Shown in pieces: positions 44,340-53,713 of a DNA stretch of 54,407 nt (position 1 is the stretch's first letter; the number at the start of each line of letters is the position of its first letter). The notes below the pieces were generated by a model. The model was not told the origin of the DNA. It did no database searches and was given only the letters and a program-made list of their open reading frames with translations. The position numbers and the translations under genes were made by a program. The stretch is from Thermoplasmatota archaeon (lineage in GTDB: Archaea > Thermoplasmatota > SW-10-69-26 > JACQPN01 > JAJPHT01): contig DASRYU010000177.1 of assembly GCA_035687045.1 (NCBI GenBank), forward strand, positions 1-54,407, given 5' to 3'.

Positions 44340-44915
44340 TCAGCGCACCTCGACGGCGCCCTTCGTGCTGAGGCGCTCGGCGCGCGGCGCGGTGGCCCGC
44401 GCGAGGCACAGGGCGAGGCCCTTGAAGGCGGCCTCGACGATGTGGTGCGGGTCGCGGCCGCGCAGCGTGTGGACGTGGAGCGTGAAGCGCCCTTCCGTCG
44501 CGAGGCTGCGCAGGACGTGGTCCATCATCGGGTCCGGGAGGGGCCCCTCGTAGTACGGGCGCTCCACGAGGTCGAGTGCGACGAGGACGAGCGCGTCGTC
44601 CATCGGGAGCGTGACGCTCGCGGTGCGCTCGATGGAGCCGGTGTCGATGGCGGCGCGGAAGGCGGCGCCGAGCGCGATGGCGGCGTCCTCGACGGCGTGG
44701 TGCTCGAGGTGGTCCTTCGAGTCGACGTGGAGCGTGATGTCGTAGCCGCTCCACTTCGCGAGCGTCTCGTACATGTGCTTCGCGAAGGCGAGGCGGCCGG
44801 AGGGCGCGCCTCCCGGCTCGCTGCCTGGAGCGACGCCGGCGAAGCGCACGTCGGCCTTGCCGGCGCCGCGCGCGACGGCGCAGAGAACGCGCGTCTCCTT
44901 CGTCTCGCGCTCCAT
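44340..44915 (-). CDS. hisB: Imidazoleglycerol-phosphate dehydratase
   Basis: ORF 44340..44915. Motifs are [18 protein letters not shown] and [12 protein letters not shown]. Confidence 0.88.
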   Translation of the reverse strand: MERETKETRVLCAVARGAGKADVRFAGVAPGSEPGGAPSGRLAFAKHMYETLAKWSGYDITLHVDSKDHLEHHAVEDAAIALGAAFRAAIDTGSIERTASVTLPMDDALVLVALDLVERPYYEGPLPDPMMDHVLRSLATEGRFTLHVHTLRGRDPHHIVEAAFKGLALCLARATAPRAERLSTKGAVEVR

Positions 44916-44916
44916 A

Positions 44917-45642
44917 TCACCGGCTGCCCTTGCGCTCGAAGTGCTGGATCGCCGCGCGCAGGTCGAGCGCGCCGGTGTAGACGGCCATGCCGACGACGAC
45001 GCCCCACGCGCCCGCTTCCCAGAGGGCCTGGAGGTCGTCCATGTTCCGCACGCCGCCCGAGGCGACGATCGGGATCTTGATCTTGCGCGTGAGCTGCGAG
45101 ACGCCTTCCGCGTTGACGCCGCCCATGCGGCCCTCGCGGCTCACGTCGGTGTAGAGGAGGCCGCCGATGCCCATCTCCGCGGCGCGCGCGCTCCACTCGT
45201 GGAGCTTCTTGCCGCTCGACTCCTGCCAGCCCTTGATGAGGATGTCGTCGCCGCGCGCGTCGACCGCCGCCACCACGCGGTCGCCGTAGCGCTCGCAGAC
45301 GTGGGAGAACCACTTGTCGTCCGTGACGGCGCGGGTGCCGACGACGACGCGCGCCGCGTTGCATTCGAGGAGCGCGTCGATGTCCTCGGTGAAGCGGATG
45401 CCGCCGCCGACCTGGAAGCGCGCGCCGGGGACCTCGAGGATCTTCTTGATGACCTGCAGGTTGTTGCCGATGCCGAGCGCGCGATCGAGGTCCACGATGT
45501 GGATCCAGCGCGCGCCCATGCCGATGAAGCGCCGCGCCTGCTCGACCGGGTCGTCGATGCGCAGCTTCTCGTGGCGCGGGTCCCCTCCGACGAGCTGGAC
45601 GCAGGCGCCTTCCTTGAGGTCGATGGCCGGGATGATCTCCAT
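44917..45642 (-). CDS. hisA: ProFAR isomerase
   Basis: ATG 45642 gives MEIIPAIDLKEGACVQLV. The motifs VDLDRA, QVGGGIR and ASGGV are also present. Confidence 0.9.
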   Translation of the reverse strand: MEIIPAIDLKEGACVQLVGGDPRHEKLRIDDPVEQARRFIGMGARWIHIVDLDRALGIGNNLQVIKKILEVPGARFQVGGGIRFTEDIDALLECNAARVVVGTRAVTDDKWFSHVCERYGDRVVAAVDARGDDILIKGWQESSGKKLHEWSARAAEMGIGGLLYTDVSREGRMGGVNAEGVSQLTRKIKIPIVASGGVRNMDDLQALWEAGAWGVVVGMAVYTGALDLRAAIQHFERKGSR

Positions 45643-45644
45643 GT

Positions 45645-46253
45645 TCACGCGTTCTCCTCGACGACGCGGGTAAAGTTCCGGATCATGGCGAGTCCCGCCG
45701 GACCGGACTTCTCCGGGTGGAACTGGACCCCCCACGCAAAGCGCTTCCGCACCGCAGCGGTGAACGTTTCACCGTACGTGGTCGTGCCCACCGTCACGGG
45801 CTCCTCCGGCTTGGGGGCGTAGCTGTTGACGTAGTAGACGTGCGGCCCCTCGGGGAGCCTCTCGAAAAGCTCGTCCCCGTCCACGGCCGCGAGGGTGTTC
45901 CACCCGATCTGGGGGAGCTTCGGGTGGGGGAGCCGGCGGACGTGGCCGCGGATGTAGCCGAGGCCCTGGGCGCCGGGGCTCTCGTCGCTGGACTCGAAGA
46001 GGAGCTGCATGCCCAGGCAGATGCCCAGGAGGGGCTTGCCGCTGTCGAGCTGCGCGAAGAGGGCGTCCTTGTAGGGCGCGAGCTTCTGCGCGGCCTCGCC
46101 GAAGGCGCCGACGCCGGGAAGGACGAGCCCGTCCGCATCCCCGAGGAGGCGCGGGTCGCTCACGACGCGGACCTGCGCGCCCGCCCTCTCGAGGGCCTTG
46201 CGGACGCTGTGGAGGTTCCCGACGCCGTAGTCGAGGATCGCGATGTCAGCCAC
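45645..46253 (-). CDS. hisH: Imidazole glycerol phosphate synthase glutamine amidotransferase subunit
   Basis: ORF 45645..46253. Motifs are ILDYGVGNLHSV, LGICLGMQLL and QFHPEKS. Confidence 0.92.
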   Translation of the reverse strand: MADIAILDYGVGNLHSVRKALERAGAQVRVVSDPRLLGDADGLVLPGVGAFGEAAQKLAPYKDALFAQLDSGKPLLGICLGMQLLFESSDESPGAQGLGYIRGHVRRLPHPKLPQIGWNTLAAVDGDELFERLPEGPHVYYVNSYAPKPEEPVTVGTTTYGETFTAAVRKRFAWGVQFHPEKSGPAGLAMIRNFTRVVEENA

Positions 46254-47289
46254 CCTTCATCACCTCGATGACCTCGTCGAGGACGACGCGCAGGCGCGCC
46301 GTCGCGGCAGGCGGGCCCACGGTGATGCGCACGTACGGGGCGAGGTCGCCCGCGAACGAGCGGACGAACACGCCGCGCTTGGAGAGGCCGAGCGCGAGGA
46401 TGTCGGCGTCGACGGGCGGCTGCGCGAGAAGGAAGTTCGCGTCGCTGCGGAAGACGTTGAACCCGCGGTCCTCGAGCATGCGCTTGAGGTTGGGCCGTTC
46501 GAGCCGCACGCCGGTGAGGGTCTCCTGGAGGAAGCGGTCGTCCTGCAGCGCCATCGTCGCCGCCGTCTCGGCGAGGCCGTCGAGCCGGTAGGGCCCGCGC
46601 ACCTTGTTGAGCTCCTGCGCGAGCGGGAGCGGCGCCACGGCGTAGCCGACGCGGAGGCCGGCCATGCCGTACGCCTTGCTGAAGGTGCGAAGGACGATGA
46701 CGTTGTCGCGCGCCTCGCGCACCTCCTTCACGAAGCTCTCGCCGCCGAGGAACTCGACGTACGCCTCGTCGAGGACGACGATGCCCTGCGCGCGGTCGAG
46801 GATGCGCTCGACGTCGCGGCGCGGGAACGCGTTCCCGGTCGGGTTGTTCGGGCGCACGACGAACGTGAGCTTCGCCTCGGCCGCGAGGAGCGCGTCGGGG
46901 TCGAGCGACCAGTCCTCCTTCGCGAGCGGGACGGGGAGCGGCACGCCGTGGTTCATCCGGACGAAGAGCGGCACCATGCCGAAGGTCGGCGGGTGGTACG
47001 CCACGCGCTCGCCCGGCTGGAGGAACGTGCGGCAGATGACGTCGATGAGGTCGTTCGAGCCGTTGCCCGTGACCACCTGGTCCGGCAGCACGTTCAGCTT
47101 CTGCGCGATGGCGTTCCGCAGCGCGTTCGACGTGAGCGGCGGGTACTCCGTGAGGTCCTGCGGGCGCATCCGCGCGAGCGCGCGCTCGAGGGCGGGGTTC
47201 ACGCCGAAGAGGTTCGTGTTGGCGGCGAGGTTGAGGCCGTTCCCCTGCTCCTCGTCGTACGCCTTGATCTGCCGGATGTCGGGCCGCAC
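46246..47289 (-). CDS. hisC: Histidinol-phosphate aminotransferase
   Basis: ORF 46246..48369, trimmed to GTG 47289 (M-RPDIRQIKAY). Motifs are NPNNPTG-like RPNNPTGN, DEAYVEF and the PLP lysine motif RTFSKAYGMAGLRVGY. Confidence 0.88.
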   Translation of the reverse strand: MRPDIRQIKAYDEEQGNGLNLAANTNLFGVNPALERALARMRPQDLTEYPPLTSNALRNAIAQKLNVLPDQVVTGNGSNDLIDVICRTFLQPGERVAYHPPTFGMVPLFVRMNHGVPLPVPLAKEDWSLDPDALLAAEAKLTFVVRPNNPTGNAFPRRDVERILDRAQGIVVLDEAYVEFLGGESFVKEVREARDNVIVLRTFSKAYGMAGLRVGYAVAPLPLAQELNKVRGPYRLDGLAETAATMALQDDRFLQETLTGVRLERPNLKRMLEDRGFNVFRSDANFLLAQPPVDADILALGLSKRGVFVRSFAGDLAPYVRITVGPPAATARLRVVLDEVIEVMKGG

Positions 47290-47303
47290 GTGGTCGACGC
47301 CTC

Positions 47304-48566
47304 TCAGAGCCGTTCCCTCCTGATGCGGAGCGCAGCGGCGTGGTGCGGCAGGCCCTCGAGCTCCGCGAGCGCCTCCGCGACCGGGGCGAGGGCTTGTAAC
47401 GCTTCCGAAGTGGCCTCCTGGTGCGTGGGGCGCCGCAGGAAGTCGTCGACGGAGAGCCCCGAGTAGCTGCGCGCGAGGCCGGCGGTCGGGAGGACGTGGT
47501 TCGTGCCGGCGTTGTAGTCGCCCAGCGCGACCGACGACCAGGGTCCGAGGAAGGCGCTCCCGTAGTGCGAGAGCCTCGCGAGCGTCGCGCGCGGGTCGGG
47601 GGCGAGCACGACGAGGTGCTCGGGCGCGTAGGCGTCGGCGAACGCGAGCGCCTCCTCCTCGTTCGCGGCGACGACGATGGCGCCGCGCTTCGCGAGCGCC
47701 GCCTCCACCACCTCGGCGCGCGCCTTCGGGGCGAGGTGCTCGCGGACGCTGCGCGCGAACGCGGCGCTCGTCGTGACGAGGCAGACGGCGGCCTCCGGGT
47801 CGTGCTCCGCCTGCGCGAGAAGCTCGGCCGCCGCGAACTCGGGAGGCGCGTCGCCGCCCGTGTGCAGCACGAGCACCTCGCTGGGACCCGCCGGCGAATC
47901 GATGGAGACCTCTCCGGCCACGAGCGATTTCGCGGCCGCGACGTAGGCGTTGCCGGGGCCGACGACCTTGTCGCAGCGCGGCACGCTCGCGGTGCCGTAC
48001 GCCATCGCGAAGACGGCCTGCGCGCCGCCGAGGGCGAAGACGCGGTCCGCGCCGGCCACCGCGCACGCGGCGAGCGTGGCGTCCGGCACGCGCCCGTCGT
48101 GGGCGGGCGTGCAGACGACGACCTCGCGCACGCCGGCGACCTTCGCGGGGGTGACGGTCATGAGGACGGTGCTCGGGTAGCTCGCGCGCCCGCCGGGCAC
48201 GTACGCGCCGACGCGCGCGAACGGCACGTGCCGGCGCCCCGCGCGCAGCCCCGGCGACACCTCGAGCTCGACCGGCTCGCGCAGGAGCGCGCGGTGGAAG
48301 CGCTCGATGTTCGCGTGCGCCTTGCGCAGCGCCTCGGCCTGGGGCACGCGCGCGAGCGCCGCGTCCCACGCCGCGCGCGGGACCTCGAGCGCCTCCGGCT
48401 TCCAGCCGTCGAAGCGCGCGGTGAGCTCGCGGAGCGCGTCGTCGCCGCGCGAGCGCACGGCGTCGCGGATGGGGCGGACGGCGTCCACGAAAGGCTCGAA
48501 CGACGCGCGGCGCTCGAGCAGGCTCGCCGGCGCGCGCGCGAGGGGGCCCTCGTAGGCGAGCTTCAC
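47304..48566 (-). CDS. hisD: Histidinol dehydrogenase
   Basis: ORF 47304..48566 with a GTG start inside a GTGA overlap with hisG. Motifs are GPGNAYVAAAK, AGPSEVLV, QAEHD and GDYNAGTNHVLPT. Confidence 0.92.
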   Translation of the reverse strand: MKLAYEGPLARAPASLLERRASFEPFVDAVRPIRDAVRSRGDDALRELTARFDGWKPEALEVPRAAWDAALARVPQAEALRKAHANIERFHRALLREPVELEVSPGLRAGRRHVPFARVGAYVPGGRASYPSTVLMTVTPAKVAGVREVVVCTPAHDGRVPDATLAACAVAGADRVFALGGAQAVFAMAYGTASVPRCDKVVGPGNAYVAAAKSLVAGEVSIDSPAGPSEVLVLHTGGDAPPEFAAAELLAQAEHDPEAAVCLVTTSAAFARSVREHLAPKARAEVVEAALAKRGAIVVAANEEEALAFADAYAPEHLVVLAPDPRATLARLSHYGSAFLGPWSSVALGDYNAGTNHVLPTAGLARSYSGLSVDDFLRRPTHQEATSEALQALAPVAEALAELEGLPHHAAALRIRRERL

Positions 48567-49429
48567 GGCACGAGCCTCTCGATGGGGAGGACGAGGATGC
48601 CCGCCGCGCCCAGCGCCTTGAGCCGCTGGACGATGTCGAAGAGCGCGCCTTCGTCGACGACCGCGTGGGCGGCCACGACGTCGGGATGGCTCATGACGTC
48701 CATGATGGTGGGTCCCGTGATGCCAGGAAGGATGGCGCGCACCTCGTCCAGCTTCGCGCGAGGGACGTTCGCCATGAGGTAGCGCTTGCCGCGCGCGGCG
48801 ACGACGCTCTCGAGCCCCGCGAGGATGGGCGAGATGCGCGCGTGGAGCGCGGGGTCTGCGAGCGCGCGCTTGTTGGCGATGACGCGCGCGGTGCTGTGGA
48901 GGATGGTCGCGACCTCGCGCAGGTTGTTCATCGCGAGCGTCGAGCCGGACGAGGTGAGGTCGACGATGCAGTCCGCCACGCCGATGTGCGGCGTGATCTC
49001 CGTCGCTCCGGAGACCTCCACCACGGAGACGGTCTTGCCGAGCCCCTCGAAGAAGCGCCGCGTGACCGACGGGAAGCTCGTGGCGACGCGGGAGCCGGCG
49101 CGCACGTCCTTCGCGTCGCGGACGGAGCTCGCCTCCGGCACGGCGACGACGAGGCGGCAGTAGCCCAGGCGCAGGTCAAGCATCTCCTCGACGTCCTTTC
49201 GCGTCTCCTGCACGATGTCCTCGCCCGTGACCCCCAGATGGGCGACGCCGTCCTGCACGAACTCGGGGATGTCCTGCGCGCGCACGAACAGGATCTGCAC
49301 GGTCCCGTCCAGCGCCGTCGCATAGAGTTGGCGCTCGGGCGAGCTTTCCACCTTGAGCCCCGCCTTGCGGAAAAGCTCGAGGGTAGCTTCGCTGAGGCGC
49401 CCCTTGTTGGGGACGGCGATCTTCAGCAT
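48563..49429 (-). CDS. hisG: ATP phosphoribosyltransferase (long form)
   Basis: ORF 48563..49429. It begins MLKIAVPNKGRL and carries DIPEFVQDG, DLTSSGSTL and a C-terminal regulatory domain. Confidence 0.92.
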   Translation of the reverse strand: MLKIAVPNKGRLSEATLELFRKAGLKVESSPERQLYATALDGTVQILFVRAQDIPEFVQDGVAHLGVTGEDIVQETRKDVEEMLDLRLGYCRLVVAVPEASSVRDAKDVRAGSRVATSFPSVTRRFFEGLGKTVSVVEVSGATEITPHIGVADCIVDLTSSGSTLAMNNLREVATILHSTARVIANKRALADPALHARISPILAGLESVVAARGKRYLMANVPRAKLDEVRAILPGITGPTIMDVMSHPDVVAAHAVVDEGALFDIVQRLKALGAAGILVLPIERLVP

Positions 49430-49631
49430 GCGGAAAACCTCTGCGCGCTCGCCGCTGCCCGGATGCTATCAGAAGCGGGCGTGATGACGATCCCACCGGG
49501 GAGGGAGCGGCGCGTGGCGCACGGCTCCGCCTACGTGGCGCCCACTCATAAGACGTGCGGCCGCGGGCATCGATTCCGTTCATGGTCACCGAAACGATAA
49601 AGGCGTGCTCGCGCCTGCCGGCGCGGGAACC

Positions 49632-50885
49632 ATGCCGAACCACCGCAGCCTCCTTGCTATCGTCCTTGTCGGCGCCGCGCTCGCCGGCTGCGCGAACAAC
49701 GGCGGGGACACGCAGCCGACGCCCACCTCGACGCCTGCGGGCGCCACGCCGACGACATCGACGCCGACCTCGACGCCCGCCACCACGCCCGCGGCGAGCC
49801 CGACAGCCGCGACGCCGACGACGACGTCGCCCGCCGTTACGCCGCCCTCGCCGACGCCCGGCGGCGGAGCGGGCGGCGACGCCACCGTCACGCGCGTGTA
49901 CGTCACGAGCGCGCCCGAGAAGGCCGCGAACGGCACGAGCGCGGACGTCTGCTGGCGCGTCGAAGGCACGGGGACCATCCCGCACACGGCGCTCCACTGG
50001 GACACCTCGCCCAAGGGCGACGCCGGCTTCGCCGCCTACGCGAACGCCGTCTACCCCGACAACGGACCCGCGGCGGGGACGCACCGGCTTCCGGGGACGT
50101 TCTGCGCGACGCTCGGGCCCGTGAGCGGCACCATCTACTACAAGGCGCACGCGATGGTCGACCCGACCCGAAGCGTGCTCGGCCCCGAGGAGGTCATCAT
50201 CGCGGGGAGCGGCAACAACACCGTCGACCTCGTCGGAGCGCCCGACGTCTTCACCGCCGGCCAGTCGTGGACCTTCTGCTGGGAGCTGCCCGGCTCCTCG
50301 GGCACCTCGACGCACACGGCGCTCCACTACGACACGACGAGCCACCCGAACGCCACGGGCATCGCCGACTACCCGGAGGCCGTGTACCCCGACAACGGCC
50401 CCGCCACGATGGAGGGGAGCTTCGCCCTCCCCGGCCCCTTCTGCGCGAACATCACGATGCCGGCGAGCGGCACGCTCTTCCTCCGCGCCCACGCCATCAC
50501 GCCCAACGGGTCGTTCCTCGGCCCCGAGCGCAGCGTCGCCGTCGGGCCTCGCATCGCCGTCTCCGGCGGCCTGCCCGCGACGGCGGCGGCGGGCAGCGCG
50601 GTCGAGGTGTGCTGGCGCGCCGAAGGCTCCGGCGTCTCGACGCACACCGCGCTCCACTGGGACACGACGAGCCATCCCAACGCCATCTCGTTCCAGGACT
50701 ACCCGAACGCGGTCTATCCCGACAACGGGCCCGCGACCACCACGGGCAGCTTCACGCTCCCAGGGCCCTTCTGCGCGGAGCTCACGATGCCCCAGAGCGG
50801 CACGCTCTACTTCCGCCCGCACGCCATCTACCCCGCGCCGGGCGGCCAGGTCCTCGGCGACGAGTACGCGATCCGGGTCGCGTAA
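49632..50885 (+). CDS. Lipobox lipoprotein: Pro/Thr-rich linker plus three tandem ~110-aa His/Cys-rich domains
   Basis: ORF 49605..50885; ATG 49632 gives MPNHRSLLAIVLVGAALAGC. The PT linker spans aa 27-77. Each of the three repeats contains CW.(x)EG.G..HTALH(W/Y)DT..(x)..YP.AVYPDNGPA..LPG(P/T)FCA..G(T)(I/L)(Y/F)..(A/P)HA. Confidence 0.75.
   Translation: MPNHRSLLAIVLVGAALAGCANNGGDTQPTPTSTPAGATPTTSTPTSTPATTPAASPTAATPTTTSPAVTPPSPTPGGGAGGDATVTRVYVTSAPEKAANGTSADVCWRVEGTGTIPHTALHWDTSPKGDAGFAAYANAVYPDNGPAAGTHRLPGTFCATLGPVSGTIYYKAHAMVDPTRSVLGPEEVIIAGSGNNTVDLVGAPDVFTAGQSWTFCWELPGSSGTSTHTALHYDTTSHPNATGIADYPEAVYPDNGPATMEGSFALPGPFCANITMPASGTLFLRAHAITPNGSFLGPERSVAVGPRIAVSGGLPATAAAGSAVEVCWRAEGSGVSTHTALHWDTTSHPNAISFQDYPNAVYPDNGPATTTGSFTLPGPFCAELTMPQSGTLYFRPHAIYPAPGGQVLGDEYAIRVA
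49881..50882 (+). repeat. Three tandem coding repeats (about 320-340 bp each) within the lipoprotein gene
   Basis: The units span about 49881-50201, 50211-50540 and 50544-50882. Conserved cores such as acgcacac(g/c)gcgctccact(gg/ac)gacac recur at 49983, 50320 and 50641. Confidence 0.7.
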
Positions 50886-50916
50886 GGTACAAAACGGGAC
50901 GCGCGCGTCGCCGCGC

Positions 50917-51450
50917 ATGCGGGTCCCGGCCCTTCTTCTTCTCGCGCTCGCTGCTATCACGGCAGCGTCCACCCCCGGCCTTGCGCAGGAGGGGGAGGGC
51001 GATTACGTGATGCTCCACATCATCGACTACCGCTACCTGCCCGACCCGCTCGAGGTGACGCCCGGGCAGCTCGTCGTCATCATGAGCTTCCCCGACACGG
51101 GCAAGACGGAGGACGAGACGGAGCCGCACACGGTGACGGACGTCGCGGAGCCGCCGCGCTTCGACATCCGCAACATCCCGCCCGACGCGTCGCCGCACCC
51201 GTTCAACGCGCCGCTCGAGCCGGGGGAGCACCCGTACTTCTGCCGCTATCACGGAGACCGGCAGGGGAGCGGGATGGTGGGAACGCTCGTCGTGCGCGAG
51301 GGCTCCCCCGCGCCGACGCCGTCGCCGACGCCCACGGCCAGCGCGGCGCCCGCCCCGTCCGCCGAGGCGGGCGGCCAGGAGACGCCCTGGCCGGCGTGGA
51401 TGCTCATCCTCGGCGGCGCCGCAGGAGCAGCGCTGCGCCGACGGCGCTGA
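50917..51450 (+). CDS. Type-1 (blue) copper protein, plastocyanin/halocyanin-like, with a C-terminal membrane anchor
   Basis: ORF 50917..51450 with a signal peptide. The Cu ligand pattern is HTV ... YFCRYH ... GM (His, Cys, His, Met). A PT-rich linker precedes the C-terminus WMLILGGAAGAALRRRR. Confidence 0.85.
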   Translation: MRVPALLLLALAAITAASTPGLAQEGEGDYVMLHIIDYRYLPDPLEVTPGQLVVIMSFPDTGKTEDETEPHTVTDVAEPPRFDIRNIPPDASPHPFNAPLEPGEHPYFCRYHGDRQGSGMVGTLVVREGSPAPTPSPTPTASAAPAPSAEAGGQETPWPAWMLILGGAAGAALRRRR

Positions 51451-53680
51451 GCGCGAGGAGCGCCCCGGGCGCAGGGACGCGCGCCCCCGCGCCGATGGCC
51501 GCGCTCGTCTCCGCCCGCGGGGCCGCGAGCGCCTCCAGCATGTCGATCGCGGGCGGCGTGCTGTAGACGTACTCGTAGCCCAGGATGTTGAGGAGCGCGA
51601 GGTTGCCGTTCGCGGCCACCGCGTGCCCGTCCAGCCCGTACGGGTGGTTCGACGCCTCCGTCGGGTCGGGAAGGATGGCGCCGAAGACGACGAGGCGGCC
51701 CGAGCCAAGCGCCATCTCGCCGAGGACGACGGCGTCCAGGTCCTCGCAGTCCACGCCCTTCTCCCACGCGCTCGCGACGTTCGCGACGACCATCGGCGGC
51801 TTGAGGAGGCCGAGCTCGAGCCCCTCGCCCGCGTGGTCGTGGCCCGGGCGCGTGAGGCGCAGCGGGATGAGCGGGATGCCCTGCGCGCACTCGGCCGGGC
51901 TCTCCACGACCGCCTCGCCCGTGCCCTTCTTCCCGACGGCGCCGACGGTCACGCCGCCGGCGTCCTCCCACGCCTGGCGGTCGAGGTACCAGACGGGGCT
52001 CGTGCCGGGCGCGAACCCGAGCGGGTTCGGGTCGTACGTCTGCCGCGGGAAGCCCGCGAGGTTCGACGTGAACGGGTGCTTCCGGTCAAGGATGTCCATG
52101 TAGCCCGAGTACGCGGACTTGTTCCCCGCCTGCGCCGCGACGCCGAGCGCTGGCGCGAGCTGGAGCGCGGAATCCGTGAGAAGGAGGTTGCCCCCGCGCT
52201 GCACCCACGCCTTGAGCGCGGCGAGCGCGGCCGCGTCGTTCGCGAGGCGCGTGTGCGCCGTGCCGGGGACGACGACGTTCTGGTACTGGTCGAGCCGGCG
52301 GACGAGCTCCGGCGCGGAGTCGTAGCTGTCGACGACGCCGGCGGCGTCGCCGTTGCGCACGTACTGCGCGAGGTCGGTCCAGAAGCTGTGCGGGGACGCG
52401 TGGAACGTGTTGTGCTGGATGTCGAAGGCGTCGTCGAGGTCCGTCTCCGCGAACCAGCCCGAGTACGCGCTGCGGTCGTCGTCCGCGTTCGTCGCGACGT
52501 ACGGGTTCGCGAGGACGGCCGTTTTCTTCCCGTGCGTCTCGACGGAGAGCATCACGACCTGCGCGGCGTAGCGCATGAAGACGCTCACGATGTCGCGCGT
52601 CGCCTCGACGTGGTAGTCGTTGAGCTGCGCGCCGGCGCCAGGATAGTAGTTGTCCGTGACGAGGTGGTTGTACGCGAACTCGACGGTGTAGCCCGGCGCG
52701 TCGAGCCCCTGGCGCTGGACGATCCACGCGCCTGCGGTGCCGCTCGCCGAGTAGCCGATGGCGTCGAACGTCGCCGCCCACTCCGCCACCTGGCCGCAGC
52801 ACACGCCGGAGACGTCGGGCGCGCTCGCCCACGCGTCGTAGTGCGGGTTGCCGTTGAGGCGCTCCTTGTAGAGCTCCGCCAGGCGCTGGTTCTCGAAGAG
52901 GCGCTGCTGCGACTTCTGTCCGTCCTTGAGCAGCAGGCGCACGAGGTTCGAGTTCTGGATCATGCCGTGCATGTCCGCGCCCGCGACGACGTTCGTGAGC
53001 GACTTCGTGTACGCCGCCATCGCTCGCGGCTCCGGCTCCGACAGGGGCGTGTACTGCTCGTAGAGGTAGCCCACCGTCGGGAACTGCCGGTTGAGGTCCG
53101 TCCGGTTCGCGTTCTCGCGCGTGAAATGGTCCGGGCGCACGCCGCCCGAGGCGCGGTATTCCGCCTCCTCGTGCGTCCAGCCGTCGGCGTTGGCGAAGAT
53201 GAACGAGAGCTTCTGGTAGTCGAGCATGTCGAGAAGGTCGGGCTCCTCCGCGGCAAGTCCGATGCCGCGCGCGAGGTCCTCGATGACGCGCAGGCCCCCT
53301 TCGCGCGCGCCCTTCTCGTTGCCGTGGATGGAGAGGATGAACACGAGCGTCCGCTTCTGCTCCACGGGCACCGCGCTCTTCTCGTTCGTCACCTCGACAA
53401 CGAAGATGTCGTGCGGCTCGCGCTCGCCCGTGAGCGGGTTCTGCCAGCCGAGGCTGGGGCCGAGGAGCAGGAGCTCCAGCCGGTCCGGGTTCTCCGCGAC
53501 GAGGATGTCGAGCCCCGCGCGCGCCTCCGCGTAGGAGATGTAGTCGTTCGTCTGCAGCGCCTCCGGGAAGACGCGGCCGAGGACGGCGTCGCTCGCCGCG
53601 CCGTTGAATCCGGGCGTGGGGAGCGCGACGGCCGACGGAGCGACGAGCGCGAGCGCGACGAGCGCGAGAAGGAGCCTCAC
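51404..53680 (-). CDS. Exported M14 family zinc carboxypeptidase with a large C-terminal extension and membrane anchor
   Basis: ORF 51404..53680 with a GTG start and signal peptide RLLLALVALALVAPSAVA. The HGNE zinc motif lies in LSIHGNEKGAREG, and ANADGW is also present. The C-terminus is PAPGALLALSAVGAALLLRRRRG. Confidence 0.88.
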   Translation of the reverse strand: MRLLLALVALALVAPSAVALPTPGFNGAASDAVLGRVFPEALQTNDYISYAEARAGLDILVAENPDRLELLLLGPSLGWQNPLTGEREPHDIFVVEVTNEKSAVPVEQKRTLVFILSIHGNEKGAREGGLRVIEDLARGIGLAAEEPDLLDMLDYQKLSFIFANADGWTHEEAEYRASGGVRPDHFTRENANRTDLNRQFPTVGYLYEQYTPLSEPEPRAMAAYTKSLTNVVAGADMHGMIQNSNLVRLLLKDGQKSQQRLFENQRLAELYKERLNGNPHYDAWASAPDVSGVCCGQVAEWAATFDAIGYSASGTAGAWIVQRQGLDAPGYTVEFAYNHLVTDNYYPGAGAQLNDYHVEATRDIVSVFMRYAAQVVMLSVETHGKKTAVLANPYVATNADDDRSAYSGWFAETDLDDAFDIQHNTFHASPHSFWTDLAQYVRNGDAAGVVDSYDSAPELVRRLDQYQNVVVPGTAHTRLANDAAALAALKAWVQRGGNLLLTDSALQLAPALGVAAQAGNKSAYSGYMDILDRKHPFTSNLAGFPRQTYDPNPLGFAPGTSPVWYLDRQAWEDAGGVTVGAVGKKGTGEAVVESPAECAQGIPLIPLRLTRPGHDHAGEGLELGLLKPPMVVANVASAWEKGVDCEDLDAVVLGEMALGSGRLVVFGAILPDPTEASNHPYGLDGHAVAANGNLALLNILGYEYVYSTPPAIDMLEALAAPRAETSAAIGAGARVPAPGALLALSAVGAALLLRRRRG

Positions 53681-53713
53681 CTGGACCAGCCTCGTCGTTC
53701 CGCACGGGCAGTG

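Noticed and set aside
49710-49862. Low-complexity ACG/CCG-rich DNA that looks like a simple-sequence or mobile repeat.
   Set aside because: It is in frame within the lipoprotein gene and encodes a Pro/Thr/Ala/Ser linker (TPTSTPAGATPTTSTPTSTPATTPAASPTAATPTTTSP). Such linkers are typical of exported archaeal proteins.
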